Shown here in pieces: positions 39,816-50,555 of a stretch of 64,000 nucleotides of DNA; positions within the stretch are counted from its first letter, which is position 1, and each line of letters begins with the position of its first letter. Made by a program: the position numbers and the translations under genes. The DNA is from a bacterium (GTDB lineage Bacteria; SM23-31). The stretch is from contig OZ244870.1 of the NCBI GenBank assembly GCA_965221205.1, forward strand, positions 1,218,232-1,282,231. The letters are read 5' to 3'. The notes below the pieces were generated by a model, which was not told the DNA's origin, did no database searches, and was given only the letters and a program-made list of their open reading frames with translations.

Positions 39816-40200
39816 GAGAATTCTCCTTTTCTTTGTCGCGGATAATCTGCTTGATTTCTTCAATTTCTTCACTGCTGAGCTTTTTATTCTTTACAAAATT
39901 GACAAAAAGCGGCCCCACTGATTCGTCCAAGATAGTTGTAATAAATGTGCTGATTTCGTGTGACAGGGCTTTTGTCTGTGACAGGGCTGGTTTATATATC
40001 CAGATTGGACCGTATTTTTCTTTGGTTAGAAAACCCTTTTTAACAATTCTCTCAAGCAATGTGGAAATTGTCTGGTATGACCGTTTTTTATCATGAAGTG
40101 ATTCATTATAAATCTCACGTGCGGAGGCTTTCCCTTTTTTCCAGCAAATTTTCATGAGTGACCATTCTGCTTTTGATAAATCTTTTTTCAAATCAGACAT
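39802..40200 (-). CDS. BlaI/MecI/CopY-family winged-helix repressor
   Basis: LSKAEWSLMKICWKKGKASAREIYNE....SYQTISTLLERIVKKGFL. It lies directly upstream of the M56 sensor gene. Confidence 0.88.
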   Translation of the reverse strand: MSDLKKDLSKAEWSLMKICWKKGKASAREIYNESLHDKKRSYQTISTLLERIVKKGFLTKEKYGPIWIYKPALSQTKALSHEISTFITTILDESVGPLFVNFVKNKKLSSEEIEEIKQIIRDKEKENSHDTS

Positions 40201-40235
40201 AGTGTTTTCCAGTTATAAAATTATCACAATAATAT

Positions 40236-40265
40236 TACATTTGTAGCATTATAACTACAATTGTA
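40236..40265. promoter_or_regulatory. two BlaI-type operator dyads (TACAnnTGTA) 20 bp apart, 36-65 nt upstream of the repressor gene
   Basis: TACATTTGTA (40236-40245) and TACAATTGTA (40256-40265). The two 13-mers ATTACATTTGTAG and CTACAATTGTAAT are also inverted repeats of each other (12/13). Confidence 0.6.
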
Positions 40266-40330
40266 ATAATAGTCAAGAAAAAAATGGATTTTTTCAATAA
40301 TAATTGAAATAGTACTGAACAAGAAAATCT

Positions 40331-40891
40331 TTAAATTTTCCGACCCCGCCATAATCTGATCTTTTTAGCCCAGGTTTTGACAAGGATTTCGGTGGCTTTT
40401 TGAGTGGGTGTTTCTGAGGTGACAGAGAAGAGCACTGCGGCCCGCGCAGGAAGAAAAACTGTCCAAGTGTCTTCGCTGTATATTTTGATGCCGTGAATTA
40501 ACTCCCGCTTCATTCCGTCTGTTGCTTTCATGAGTGCATTCATGACTTTTCCTTTTTGCTCCCATGAACAGGCAATATCGGCTCTGGCAATAGACGGAAA
40601 CGGAATTGAATCAATAAGCTTCGATAATGGTTCGTTCATTCGTGCTAACGTTTCAAGAATTTTAACCGTAGAAAACATTGCATCTGCACCGGTATTAAAC
40701 TCGGGAAAAATGAAGCCACCGAGTGTGTCGCCGACAAATCCAATGTCCTCATCGAGAGCAACTTCTATCATGGAACGGTGGGTGTTTTTGCACGTTTTGT
40801 AACCAACCCTGCAGTTCCGGGCCATTGACTGAATAAGCCACGGTGCAAGAACGGGAGCAGAGATCTTCTTTGGTTTGAAATTATTCAGAAA
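40331..40891 (-). pseudogene. 5'-truncated remnant of a phosphoglucomutase/phosphomannomutase-family gene (domains III-IV only)
   Basis: FVGDTLGGFIFPEFNTGADAMFSTVKILETLA and IHGIKIYSEDTWTVFLP fit the PGM/PMM C-terminal half. The frame is open only to 40891 and abuts the end of yigZ. The phosphoserine and metal-loop domains are absent. Confidence 0.6.
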
Positions 40892-40946
40892 TTAACTTGT
40901 ATTATCGCGCTTGTTTTTACTATCGAAAAATGAATTGCTGAGCTAT

Positions 40947-41582
40947 TTAATCACTGTGTTTCAGTGTCCCTTTACCGCGTGTTGCTTCACGAAATGCTTC
41001 AATCAAACATTCTTCATGCACCTTTCTGACTGAACACACGAGTCCGCTCTCCTCGCCAAATATCCGGTTGACGATATTTGCTTTGAGGCTACCAAGAAGT
41101 TGCTCTACACCACCGGTCATTTCGTACGGAAACGAAAGACCGTATTGTACAGTCACATAGTGTTCTACTGTCTTTCCTGTTGACAGAGCAGATTCTGCGG
41201 AATCGGCGTATGCACGTGATAGGCAGCCTGTTCCTAGATTAGTACCTCCGTAATACCGGATGACGACACAGACAATATTTGTGAGATTGTGTCGCTGCAA
41301 CGAGGTCAGGATCGGTTTTCCAGCCGTTCCGGACGGCTCTCCATCGTCACTCGACCGGATTGTTTCTCCGTCACTGTCCAGGACAATATAGGCAAAACAG
41401 TGATGCGTGGCATCACGATACGATGTTCTAAGAGATTCAAGAAATTTCTCTGCACCGGCTTGAGAAGTGATAGGTTCACAAAACGATTTAAAACGCGAGC
41501 CCTTAACGGTAATTTCACCCTGAGTGCCACTGAAGAGGGTTCTGTATGCGTCATATGAAGATTCAGTAGTGTTGCGAGGCAT
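40947..41582 (-). CDS. yigZ: YigZ / IMPACT-family (UPF0029) protein
   Basis: ITVKGSRFKSFCEPITS...DATHHCFAYIV..SSDDGEPSGTAGKPIL..VVIRYYGGTNLG. Confidence 0.85.
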   Translation of the reverse strand: MPRNTTESSYDAYRTLFSGTQGEITVKGSRFKSFCEPITSQAGAEKFLESLRTSYRDATHHCFAYIVLDSDGETIRSSDDGEPSGTAGKPILTSLQRHNLTNIVCVVIRYYGGTNLGTGCLSRAYADSAESALSTGKTVEHYVTVQYGLSFPYEMTGGVEQLLGSLKANIVNRIFGEESGLVCSVRKVHEECLIEAFREATRGKGTLKHSD

Positions 41583-41725
41583 CAGAACTGTGAGGGGTTA
41601 TGAATTTATCACCGGCGAATATTGGTGAACGGAATTCCGAATCAGAAGAAATTCTTTGGCAAATTAATTAATAAAAGGCGCAAAATCAAGCGGATATTAT
41701 TCGGATATATTCTCTGCCATATGCC

Positions 41726-41766
41726 ACAAAAGCAGACATAATGGCAACAAAAGCAGACATAATGGC
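41726..41766. repeat. two tandem copies (21-bp period) of ACAAAAGCAGACATAATGGC in the dnaK upstream region
   Basis: Read directly: 41726-41745 and 41747-41766 are identical 20-mers separated by a single A. They lie about 235 nt upstream of the dnaK ATG. Confidence 0.85.
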
Positions 41767-41998
41767 GTTATTGCATTGGTAGCCTTCTTTATCACCTGAA
41801 ATTAAAAATAATCGTAAGTTATTGATATTAAAAGACTAAAATGCTTATTTGTGCGTGGTTTAAATGTTTGGTATACAGATTGCCTATAAACTAGAGTTAA
41901 CAAGCATGAAATACATCCCGGTTAAAAAACGGGAATCCTTTATAATCGAAAATTGATAGAAACATTATAAGAATCTTAAACGATAGGGAGTTAAAACA

Positions 41999-43927
41999 AT
42001 GGGAAAAATAATTGGAATTGATCTGGGAACCACAAACAGCTGTGTTGCAGTCATTGAAGGCGGTAAGCCTGTTGTCATTCCGAATTCCGAAGGAGGGCGG
42101 GTCACACCATCCGTTGTTGCGTTCACGAAAAACGAAGAGCGGCTTATCGGACAGACAGCAAAACGGCAGGCGGTTACCAATCCTGAAAATACGGTCTATT
42201 CTGTTAAACGCTTTATGGGACGTGTTCATGGCGAAGTTTCTGAAGAAATGAAAGAAGTGCCGTATAAAGTTGTCAAGGGGAAAAACAACGTTGCACGTGT
42301 TAAAGTAAAAAACAATGAATATTCACCACCTGAAATTTCCGCTATGGTGTTACAGAAAATGAAGCAGACAGCAGAAGATTATCTTGGCCAGAAAGTTACA
42401 GAAGCAGTTGTTACAGTGCCTGCTTATTTCAATGACAGTCAACGGCAGGCAACAAAGGAGGCAGCCATCATTGCCGGTCTTGATCCCAAACGAATTGTAA
42501 ATGAGCCAACTGCTGCATCGTTGGCATACGGCCTTGATAAAGAAAAAGACGAAAAAATCGCCGTGTTCGACTTTGGCGGTGGAACATTTGATATCTCGAT
42601 TCTGGAAATTGCCGATGGTGTGTTCGAAGTGAAATCGACCAACGGTGATACCCATCTCGGTGGCGACGACATCGACCAGCGGCTTGTTGACTGGATTGCT
42701 GATGAATTCAAAAAGCAGGAAGGGATTGATCTCCGGAACGATGCAATGGCGCTTCAGCGGCTTAAAGAGGCAGGCGAAAAGGCAAAAATGGAGCTCTCAA
42801 CAACGACACAGACAGAGATCAACCTCCCGTTTGTCACGGCAACCGACAGTGGTCCGAAACATCTCAATCTGACCCTGACGCGTTCAAAGTTCGAACAGTT
42901 GTGTGATAAAGAATTCAAGCGTCTTATTGCACCGAGTGAAACTGCACTTAAAGATGCTGGAATGTCAAAAACCGACATCGATGAAGTAGTTCTCGTCGGC
43001 GGTTCGACGCGAATTCCGAAAGTTCAGGAAATCGTAAAAGAAATATTCGGTAAGGAAGGCCATAAGGGTGTTAATCCGGATGAAGTCGTTGCAATGGGAG
43101 CGGCAATTCAAGGTGGAATTCTCGGTGGAGACATTGATGATGAAATTGTGCTACTCGATGTAACACCGTTGACTCTCGGTATTGAAACACTCGGCGGTGT
43201 TATGACAAAACTCATTGAAGCAAACACCACAATTCCAGTTAAAAAGGCGGAAGTGTTCTCGACAGCTGCAGATAACCAGATGACGGTTGAAGTCCATGTG
43301 CTACAGGGTGAACGGGCGATGGCGGTACATAACAAAACTATCGGACGGTTCCATCTTGACGGTATTCCTCCTGCTCCGCGCGGCACGCCGCAGATCGAAG
43401 TCTCGTTTGATCTTGATGCAAATGGTATATTGAATGTCTCTGCCAAGGATAAAGCGACCGAAAAGGAGCAGAAAATTACAATCACAGCATCGAGCGGATT
43501 GACTGATGAAGAAATCAAGAAAATGAAAGAAGATGCGAAAATCCATGCTGATGAAGACAAGCAGCAGCGGGAAAAAGTAGATACGAAAAATCAAGCCGAG
43601 CAGATGATGTGGCAGACCGAAAAGCAAATCGAGGAAATGAAAGACAAACTCGATGACGAAGCCAAGCAGAAACTTGAAACAGGAGTCGATCGACTAAAAG
43701 AGGCTATTAAGGTCGATAATTTGGATGAAATGAAATCATCAATGGAAGTGCTGACACAAGTCTGGAATGAGGCGTCACAAAAAATGTATCAGGATGTTGC
43801 TGCACAGCAGCCGCCTCCCGGTGCGGGTGATGATGAAGCAGCAGGCGCAGATAATACATCGAAAAAGAAAGACAAGAAAGACAATAAAGAAATCAAAGAT
43901 GCAGACTTCGAAGTTGTTGACGATTAG
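41999..43927 (+). CDS. dnaK: molecular chaperone DnaK (Hsp70)
   Basis: [22 protein letters not shown]-type block ([13 protein letters not shown]) and [19 protein letters not shown] sits 8 nt upstream. Confidence 0.97.
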   Translation: MGKIIGIDLGTTNSCVAVIEGGKPVVIPNSEGGRVTPSVVAFTKNEERLIGQTAKRQAVTNPENTVYSVKRFMGRVHGEVSEEMKEVPYKVVKGKNNVARVKVKNNEYSPPEISAMVLQKMKQTAEDYLGQKVTEAVVTVPAYFNDSQRQATKEAAIIAGLDPKRIVNEPTAASLAYGLDKEKDEKIAVFDFGGGTFDISILEIADGVFEVKSTNGDTHLGGDDIDQRLVDWIADEFKKQEGIDLRNDAMALQRLKEAGEKAKMELSTTTQTEINLPFVTATDSGPKHLNLTLTRSKFEQLCDKEFKRLIAPSETALKDAGMSKTDIDEVVLVGGSTRIPKVQEIVKEIFGKEGHKGVNPDEVVAMGAAIQGGILGGDIDDEIVLLDVTPLTLGIETLGGVMTKLIEANTTIPVKKAEVFSTAADNQMTVEVHVLQGERAMAVHNKTIGRFHLDGIPPAPRGTPQIEVSFDLDANGILNVSAKDKATEKEQKITITASSGLTDEEIKKMKEDAKIHADEDKQQREKVDTKNQAEQMMWQTEKQIEEMKDKLDDEAKQKLETGVDRLKEAIKVDNLDEMKSSMEVLTQVWNEASQKMYQDVAAQQPPPGAGDDEAAGADNTSKKKDKKDNKEIKDADFEVVDD

Positions 43928-44083
43928 GCCACTTAATAAATATGATATTAATGTTCGTTACATGTAGAAACATGAAGCATTCAATGCAGTGATTGCCACG
44001 CCCCCTGTTAAACCGGACAGGCTCACAATCTCTGCCATGAAAATCTCAAGTGGCGCTAAAATTCAATACATATCAAATGAATA

Positions 44084-46699
44084 ATGGACATTGAAAAATG
44101 CACAATTAAAACCCAGAAGGCATTTGCCGTTGCAAAGCGATTAGCATCTGACCGTACACACCAGCAGATCGAACCGGAACATCTGTTCCTCGGTTTACTG
44201 GATGACGGTCGGAGCACCGTTGTTTCGATTTTGAAAAAAATTGGACTGCAGCCGGACGTATCGAAAATGGAAGCGGAAGAACTCCTCAGTAAAATTCCGA
44301 AAGTTTCCGGTTCCGGTGTTGGACAGATATATCTCTCACATCGCTCGGCACAAGTTATGGATAATGCTCTGAAAGAAGCGGAGCATTTAAATGACGAGTT
44401 TATCTCTACCGAGCATTTGTTGCTGGCCCTTGCAGACGAGAGTGAGTTTGCCAGGACTATATTTAGCAGTCAGGACATCAAAAAGGACAATATTATTCAA
44501 GCGTTGCAATCGATACGAGGTTCGCAGCGGATTACTGATCAAAATCCGGAAGAAAAATACCTGCCGCTGGAGAAGTACGCGCAGGATCTGAACGCACTTG
44601 CCCGAAAAGGAAAACTCGATCCTGTTATCGGCAGGGATGATGAAATGCGCCGGATACTTCAAGTCCTGAGTAGACGCACGAAAAACAATCCGATCTTGCT
44701 CGGCGATCCCGGTGTCGGAAAGACCGCAATTGCCGGCGGACTTGCACACCGGATTGTTGCGGGCGATGTTCCCGAAACGCTCCGGACAAAACGGATCATG
44801 GCGCTTGATCTCGGTGCTCTGATTGCTGGATCAAAATTCCGGGGCGAATTCGAAGATCGTCTCAAGGCTGTTCTTAAAGTAATAGAGGAATCGGATGGGG
44901 AGGTGATCCTTTTCATCGATGAGATTCATACGCTGGTCGGTGCGGGGGCTACCGAGGGTTCAATGGATGCGTCGAACATGTTGAAACCCGCTCTTGCGCG
45001 CGGTGAATTGAAGTGTATCGGCGCAACGACACGGGGAGAGTATCAGAAATATATCGAAAAAGACCCCGCGCTCGAACGGCGGTTTCAGCCGGTAACTATT
45101 CAGGAGCCTCGAATAGAAGATACAGTTTCGATACTCAGAGGATTGAAAGAGCGGTACGAAGTTCATCACGGCGTCCGTATTACGGATGGAGCACTCATTC
45201 AGGCTGTAGTATTGTCTGACAGATATATAACCGAAAGGTTTTTACCGGACAAGGCAATTGATCTGATTGATGAAGCAGCATCGAAGCTCAGAATTGAAAT
45301 CGACAGCATACCGGAGGAACTCGATGAAATCGAACGGAAAATCCAGCAGTTTGAAATCGAACGTGAAGCGATAAAAAAGGATAAAAGCGATGCGGCAAAA
45401 ACCCGTCTCGACATCATCAAAAAAGAATTGGCAGACCTGTCTGAACAATCAATTGGGCTCCGGGCACACTGGGGACTCGAAAAAGAGACTATTAAAACGA
45501 TCCGTGGCCTGAAGGAAGCAATCGAAGTCGCAAAACATGAAGAATCGAATGCGGAGCGTGAAGGGAATCTTGCACGCGCAGCCGAATTGAAATACGGCAC
45601 AATAAAAAAACTTGAGAAGCAGCTTGTCGAAGCAAACGAAAAGCTGTTGGAAATCCAGAAAGAGAGAAAGCTCCTGAAGGAAGAGGTTGATGAAGAAGAT
45701 ATAGCTGAAATTGTCTCCCGCTGGACCGGCATACCGGTTTCGAAAATGGTTGAATCCGAGCGGGAAAAGCTTATGCACATGGAGGAAAGGCTTCATACGC
45801 GCATTGTCGGTCAAGACGAAGCGGTGATGGCTGTATCCAATGCAGTACGCCGTTCACGTATTGGCCTGCAGGCACCCGACAGGCCGATCGGGACATTCAT
45901 TTTTCTCGGCAGTACGGGCGTCGGCAAAACCGAAATTGCACGGGCTTTGGCAGAATATTTGTTCGACGACGAACGCGCTGTCATCAGAATTGACATGTCT
46001 GAATACATGGAGCGTCACTCAGTCGCACGGCTCATCGGTGCGCCACCGGGCTATGTCGGATACGAAGAAGGTGGGCAGCTAACAGAAGCGGTCAGAAGGA
46101 ATCCCTATTCTGTAATTCTTCTCGACGAGATTGAAAAAGCTCATACCGACGTATTCAACATCTTTTTGCAGGTGCTCGATGATGGCAGATTGACCGATAA
46201 TAAAGGGCGTACCATCAATTTTAAAAATACGATCATCATCATGACTTCGAACATCGGAGCACCGTACATTATGGAAAAAACAGTTCAGATGACAGATGAG
46301 AATGAGGACCAACTATATGAAGAAGTTCATGCTGAACTCTGGAAGCAGCTCCGGCAGCAGATCAGTCCTGAATTTCTGAACAGGATCGATGAAATCATCA
46401 TATTCAAAGCGCTTCACCGGGAGCAGCTGCGACAAATCGTCGACATTCAGTTCAGCAAATTGGAGCAACTGAGCAAACAGACAGGGCTCCGTCTTGAACT
46501 GACAAGCGCTGCCCGTGACTATCTTGCTGATGCCGGATATGACCCGGCCTTCGGTGCTCGGCCTCTCAAGCGGGTGATCCAAAAGAAAATTGCCGATCCC
46601 TTGGCCACAAAAGTTTTATCCGGGGAGATCAAAAACGGAAACAATGTTCTGATCGGTATACAAAATGGTTCCCTTGCTTTTTCCGTACAACCCGTATGA
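44084..46699 (+). CDS. clpB: ATP-dependent disaggregase ClpB
   Basis: Two AAA+ modules ([10 protein letters not shown]; GSTGVGKTE) separated by a long coiled-coil middle domain, plus a Clp N-domain. Confidence 0.96.
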   Translation: MDIEKCTIKTQKAFAVAKRLASDRTHQQIEPEHLFLGLLDDGRSTVVSILKKIGLQPDVSKMEAEELLSKIPKVSGSGVGQIYLSHRSAQVMDNALKEAEHLNDEFISTEHLLLALADESEFARTIFSSQDIKKDNIIQALQSIRGSQRITDQNPEEKYLPLEKYAQDLNALARKGKLDPVIGRDDEMRRILQVLSRRTKNNPILLGDPGVGKTAIAGGLAHRIVAGDVPETLRTKRIMALDLGALIAGSKFRGEFEDRLKAVLKVIEESDGEVILFIDEIHTLVGAGATEGSMDASNMLKPALARGELKCIGATTRGEYQKYIEKDPALERRFQPVTIQEPRIEDTVSILRGLKERYEVHHGVRITDGALIQAVVLSDRYITERFLPDKAIDLIDEAASKLRIEIDSIPEELDEIERKIQQFEIEREAIKKDKSDAAKTRLDIIKKELADLSEQSIGLRAHWGLEKETIKTIRGLKEAIEVAKHEESNAEREGNLARAAELKYGTIKKLEKQLVEANEKLLEIQKERKLLKEEVDEEDIAEIVSRWTGIPVSKMVESEREKLMHMEERLHTRIVGQDEAVMAVSNAVRRSRIGLQAPDRPIGTFIFLGSTGVGKTEIARALAEYLFDDERAVIRIDMSEYMERHSVARLIGAPPGYVGYEEGGQLTEAVRRNPYSVILLDEIEKAHTDVFNIFLQVLDDGRLTDNKGRTINFKNTIIIMTSNIGAPYIMEKTVQMTDENEDQLYEEVHAELWKQLRQQISPEFLNRIDEIIIFKALHREQLRQIVDIQFSKLEQLSKQTGLRLELTSAARDYLADAGYDPAFGARPLKRVIQKKIADPLATKVLSGEIKNGNNVLIGIQNGSLAFSVQPV

Positions 46700-46804
46700 C
46701 AGGTTAAAAAGTCGGAAAATGCTAAAGTTTTGATACAAAATATTTGATATTAAGATTGAGAATTTTTATATTGTATAGTTGAAAGAATTTGAGGTGATGT
46801 TTTT

Positions 46805-47224
46805 ATGCGGTTTTATCTGATATTCGGAACGATGGTTTTGGCAGCATTAGGTTCGCTTTTCTGTTCAAAAACGTTGACCGAAGAAGAACTATTTACAAAA
46901 GCTCAGGAAGAATTAAAAGAGAAAAATCAGGTTGAAGCTGTACGGTCATACGAACGCATTGTTGAAAACTTCCCGGAGAGTGAGAACAGGAGTAAAGCGT
47001 TGTTTATGCTCGGATTTCTCTATGCGAACGAGCTCCAGGATACTGATAAAGCACGATCATACTATTCGCAAATGCTACAGGAATATCCCGACCACGAACT
47101 TGCGGTGTCGGTCGAATTTGAATTGGAGAATCTCGGGAAAGCAATTGAGGAAATGGATTCGATTCTCGTGAAAAAAATTGAGATTCAGGATGCCGCTATG
47201 AGCAATCGAGGGGGTAAGGAATAA
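46805..47224 (+). CDS. small TPR-repeat lipoprotein (YbgF/YfiO-like repeat)
   Basis: Lipobox-like ALGSLFC, then EAVRSYERIVENFPESENRSKALFMLGFLY..KARSYYSQMLQEYPDHE. Confidence 0.6.
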   Translation: MRFYLIFGTMVLAALGSLFCSKTLTEEELFTKAQEELKEKNQVEAVRSYERIVENFPESENRSKALFMLGFLYANELQDTDKARSYYSQMLQEYPDHELAVSVEFELENLGKAIEEMDSILVKKIEIQDAAMSNRGGKE

Positions 47225-47279
47225 GGCGACCGGAGTTTGATATCAACAAGTGATAAGTATTAAGTGATAAATATTAATT

Positions 47280-47310
47280 TGCCGAATATGAAGTTTTTCG
47301 GCATTTTTTA
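47280..47310 (+). terminator. Rho-independent terminator after the TPR lipoprotein gene
   Basis: TGCCGAA-tatgaagttt-TTCGGCA followed by TTTTTTA. Confidence 0.7.
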
Positions 47311-47460
47311 TAATAAGGAACTTTTGAAAATAGAAAATAGTAACAGAAATAGATTTTTTTGCATGGATGCATTAATTATGATTGAGAGTATTAATACTAA
47401 ATTACCTGTCGCAGTCTGAACACTGCGAATGTATTGTGAACGCTAAACCATGGGAGACAG

Positions 47461-48450
47461 ATGAGCACAGATATTCAAGCGATCAATGAAAAGATCGAAA
47501 AAGAATCGCAGTTCATCGATCTGTTAAAAAGTGAAATTTCAAAAGTAATTGTCGGTCAAAATTATATGGTTGAACGGCTCCTGATCGGGCTCTTGGCAGA
47601 CGGCCATGTCCTGCTGGAAGGTGTTCCGGGATTGGCAAAGACGCTTGTAGTAAATACTCTTTCCAAAGCGATTCAGACGAAATTTCAACGGATCCAGTTC
47701 ACTCCCGATCTGCTACCCGCTGACCTGATCGGAACATTAATTTACAATCAGCAGGAAGGGACGTTTCAGACAAAGAAAGGCCCCTTGTTTGCTAATCTGA
47801 TTCTTATCGATGAGGTGAACCGCTCTCCGGCAAAAGTCCAGAGTGCGTTACTCGAAGCGATGCAAGAGCGTCAGATTACCATTGGCGAGGAGACCTTCAA
47901 ACTTGACAAGCCGTTTCTGGTTATGGCGACACAAAACCCGATTGAGCAGGAGGGGACATATCCGCTTCCCGAAGCTCAGGTCGACCGTTTTATGTTGAAA
48001 GTTGTAGTGAATTATCCGAACAAAGAAGAAGAGTTGGAGATCATGCGACGGATGACGGGAGATTCATTCTATGAAGTAAAGCCGGTTATTGAACCAAAGG
48101 ATATTATCAAATCCAGAGAAGTGGTACGAGATGTATATGTCGACGAAAAAATCGACCGTTACATAATTGATATTGTCCTTGCAACGAGAAATCCGTCCGA
48201 CTACGGTCTTAATGATTTAACGGAACTGATCCAGTATGGTGCGTCGCCGCGTGCTTCAATTAATCTCCATCTTGCGGCAAAAGCATATGCTTTTCTCAAA
48301 CACAGAGGATATGTCACGCCCGAAGATGTCAGATCTATCGGTCAGGATGTACTCCGGCATAGAGTCGTTGTTACTTACGAAGCAGAAGCGGAAGAGATGA
48401 CTGGAGAAGATATTGTTAAGAAAATACTCGACCACATTGAAGTCCCGTAA
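47461..48450 (+). CDS. moxR: MoxR-family AAA+ ATPase
   Basis: GHVLLEGVPGLAKT (Walker A), ILIDEVNR (Walker B) and VMATQNPIEQEGTYPLPEAQVDRF. Confidence 0.92.
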   Translation: MSTDIQAINEKIEKESQFIDLLKSEISKVIVGQNYMVERLLIGLLADGHVLLEGVPGLAKTLVVNTLSKAIQTKFQRIQFTPDLLPADLIGTLIYNQQEGTFQTKKGPLFANLILIDEVNRSPAKVQSALLEAMQERQITIGEETFKLDKPFLVMATQNPIEQEGTYPLPEAQVDRFMLKVVVNYPNKEEELEIMRRMTGDSFYEVKPVIEPKDIIKSREVVRDVYVDEKIDRYIIDIVLATRNPSDYGLNDLTELIQYGASPRASINLHLAAKAYAFLKHRGYVTPEDVRSIGQDVLRHRVVVTYEAEAEEMTGEDIVKKILDHIEVP

Positions 48451-48510
48451 GAGGCATGAAATTAGATTGATAATAATTCGAATTAGTACTAACAGCATTA
48501 CACAAAACAG

Positions 48511-49389
48511 ATGATTCCACGAGAGATACTCAAAAAAGTTAAGTACATTGAAATTCAAACGAGAGGACTTGTTAACGAAGTTTTCAGTGGCAGATACCAC
48601 TCGATCTTTAAAGGGCAGGGTCTTGATTTTAATGATATCCGCGAATATCAACCGGGAGACGATATCCGGTCGATCGACTGGAATGTTTCTGCTCGTGCGG
48701 GACATTCCTATATCAAGGTGTTTAAAGAAGAGCGGGAGTTGACCGTAATGCTCATGGTCGATGTAAGCGCTTCATCGCAATTTGGGACGTTTAATCAGAT
48801 GAAAGGAGAACTTGCAGTTGAATTGTGTGCGGTTCTTGCTTTTTCCGCAATCAAAAATAACGATAAAATCGGACTGATCATTTTCAGCGATCGGATCGAA
48901 AAATATATTCCACCCAAAACGGGCAAGTTTCATGTGCTGCGGCTACTCAGGGAGTTGCTCTATTTTAAACCCGAGGGTGAAAAGACCGACCTCTCGGTTC
49001 CGCTCGAATATCTCTATAAAGTTATGCGGAAACGGGCGACAGTGTTTCTCGTGTCAGACTTCCTATCCGGCAGCTATGAGAGCGCCTTGCGGATTGCAAA
49101 TAAAAAACATGATATAGTGGCTATTACAATCAATGATCCGCGTGAACATGACATGCCTGATGTCGGCCTTATTGAGCTTCGGGATGCCGAAACAGACCAG
49201 ATAGTTCTATTGGATACGTCGAACAATGACGTGATGAACCAGTTTACTGTTCAGGCGGAACTGGCAGTGGAAAAGAGAGAATCCTTATTTAAATCTATGA
49301 ATATAGATTTCATTAATTTGTTTACGAATGAGTCTTACGTGAAACCGCTTGTTGCTTTCTTTCGGAAACGTGCAAAACGGTTTCATTAG
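48511..49389 (+). CDS. DUF58 (vWA-fold) protein, the usual MoxR partner
   Basis: DIREYQPGDDIRSIDWNVSAR and MVDVSASSQFG. Confidence 0.88.
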   Translation: MIPREILKKVKYIEIQTRGLVNEVFSGRYHSIFKGQGLDFNDIREYQPGDDIRSIDWNVSARAGHSYIKVFKEERELTVMLMVDVSASSQFGTFNQMKGELAVELCAVLAFSAIKNNDKIGLIIFSDRIEKYIPPKTGKFHVLRLLRELLYFKPEGEKTDLSVPLEYLYKVMRKRATVFLVSDFLSGSYESALRIANKKHDIVAITINDPREHDMPDVGLIELRDAETDQIVLLDTSNNDVMNQFTVQAELAVEKRESLFKSMNIDFINLFTNESYVKPLVAFFRKRAKRFH

Positions 49390-49440
49390 TATAATGAATA
49401 ATTGAGACAGTTATAGTACAAACGAAGAAACGAGTCAACT

Positions 49441-50376
49441 ATGAAAATGCTACCAGTTATATTCTGCACAGCACTGCTATATAGTTGTTCACCAGCCGTT
49501 CCCGGTGCGGATATACCCCTTGAGCGGCAGCGGAGTCTTGCCGATGCCCTTGCAGATCAACTGCTCTATGAGCAAGCTGTGACCGAATATCAGATCATAC
49601 TTGAACGTTATAAACTCGATTTCGATACCCGTTCAGAAATTAATTTTACAATCGGTGAAATTCTTTTTGATCAGTTGAATGACTATTCAAATGCCCTTGC
49701 CTATTATTCGAAGATTCAGCATTTATTTCCGGAGAGTACACTCAACAGCGTGGCACAAGACCGGATCGTGGCCTGTCTCGAGCGGCTTGGCCGCTCGGCT
49801 GAAGCAATGAAGATTGTTCGTGAATCGGAAGCCGCAGCTGACGAAGAATCGCCCTTTATTTCTCAACAGGGAGATACGATTGCAGTTGTCGATGGTAAAG
49901 TGCTGGCTTCCGGTGAGTTTAATTCTATTTTCAACTATTATTACAACCTTCTGCCTGCGGAACAGCGAGGTGATGCACCCACACGGGAGCATAAACTGGT
50001 ATTTCTGCGTGATTATTTGAGAAATGAAGTATTATTCAATTCTGCTAAACGGAGGGGTCTGGCCGATTCACAGGAATTCAAGGAACTCCAGTTTCTCAGA
50101 ATGAAAGATCTGCTTGTCCAGAGTCTGCTGCAAACAGAAGTTTATAATAAAGTAACAATTGAAAATTCCGAGATAGAGGAATACTATAGGACGAGTGGTG
50201 ACATTTTAACGCAGACAAATTCTGACGGCTCAAAAAGTAAACCGACAATTGAGGAAGCCCGTGATTTTATTCGTCAGATTTTGATGAATCAAAAATCTCA
50301 GGGGATACAAGAGCAGTTGACCGACCAATTGATCGAAGCACAAGATGCCCAGATTTACTTAGATAACGTACAGTAG
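49441..50376 (+). CDS. lipoprotein with N-terminal TPR and a SurA-N/PpiD-like chaperone segment
   Basis: Lipobox LLYSCS. TPR-like YSNALAYYSKIQHLFPES. The later segment LRDYLRNEVLFNSAKRRGL...VQSLLQTEVYNKVTIENSEIEEYY resembles SurA N-domain proteins. No PPIase domain is present. Confidence 0.5.
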   Translation: MKMLPVIFCTALLYSCSPAVPGADIPLERQRSLADALADQLLYEQAVTEYQIILERYKLDFDTRSEINFTIGEILFDQLNDYSNALAYYSKIQHLFPESTLNSVAQDRIVACLERLGRSAEAMKIVRESEAAADEESPFISQQGDTIAVVDGKVLASGEFNSIFNYYYNLLPAEQRGDAPTREHKLVFLRDYLRNEVLFNSAKRRGLADSQEFKELQFLRMKDLLVQSLLQTEVYNKVTIENSEIEEYYRTSGDILTQTNSDGSKSKPTIEEARDFIRQILMNQKSQGIQEQLTDQLIEAQDAQIYLDNVQ

Positions 50377-50555
50377 TGTTGAAGTTTACGGTTTTGATTG
50401 AACTTTAAAACTATGACGATGCTATGTCACTGTAGGGATTCACAGATTTCTGGAATGATAGTATAATCTTTGTGAAGCGTGTAGGAAGATCCACTTGATC
50501 ATGCAATTATTAAATGACATGTGGAATTTATTTAGGTACTCATCCTGCTAAACAT

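Noticed and set aside
41583-44083. HrcA CIRCE operators upstream of dnaK and clpB
   Set aside because: I searched by eye for TTAGCACTC-N9-GAGTGCTAA and found no match in either upstream region.
45199-45814. 193-aa and 121-aa minus-strand ORFs
   Set aside because: They are antisense to the clpB coiled-coil region. The Ser/Phe-rich translation is typical of the complement of Glu/Lys-rich coding DNA.
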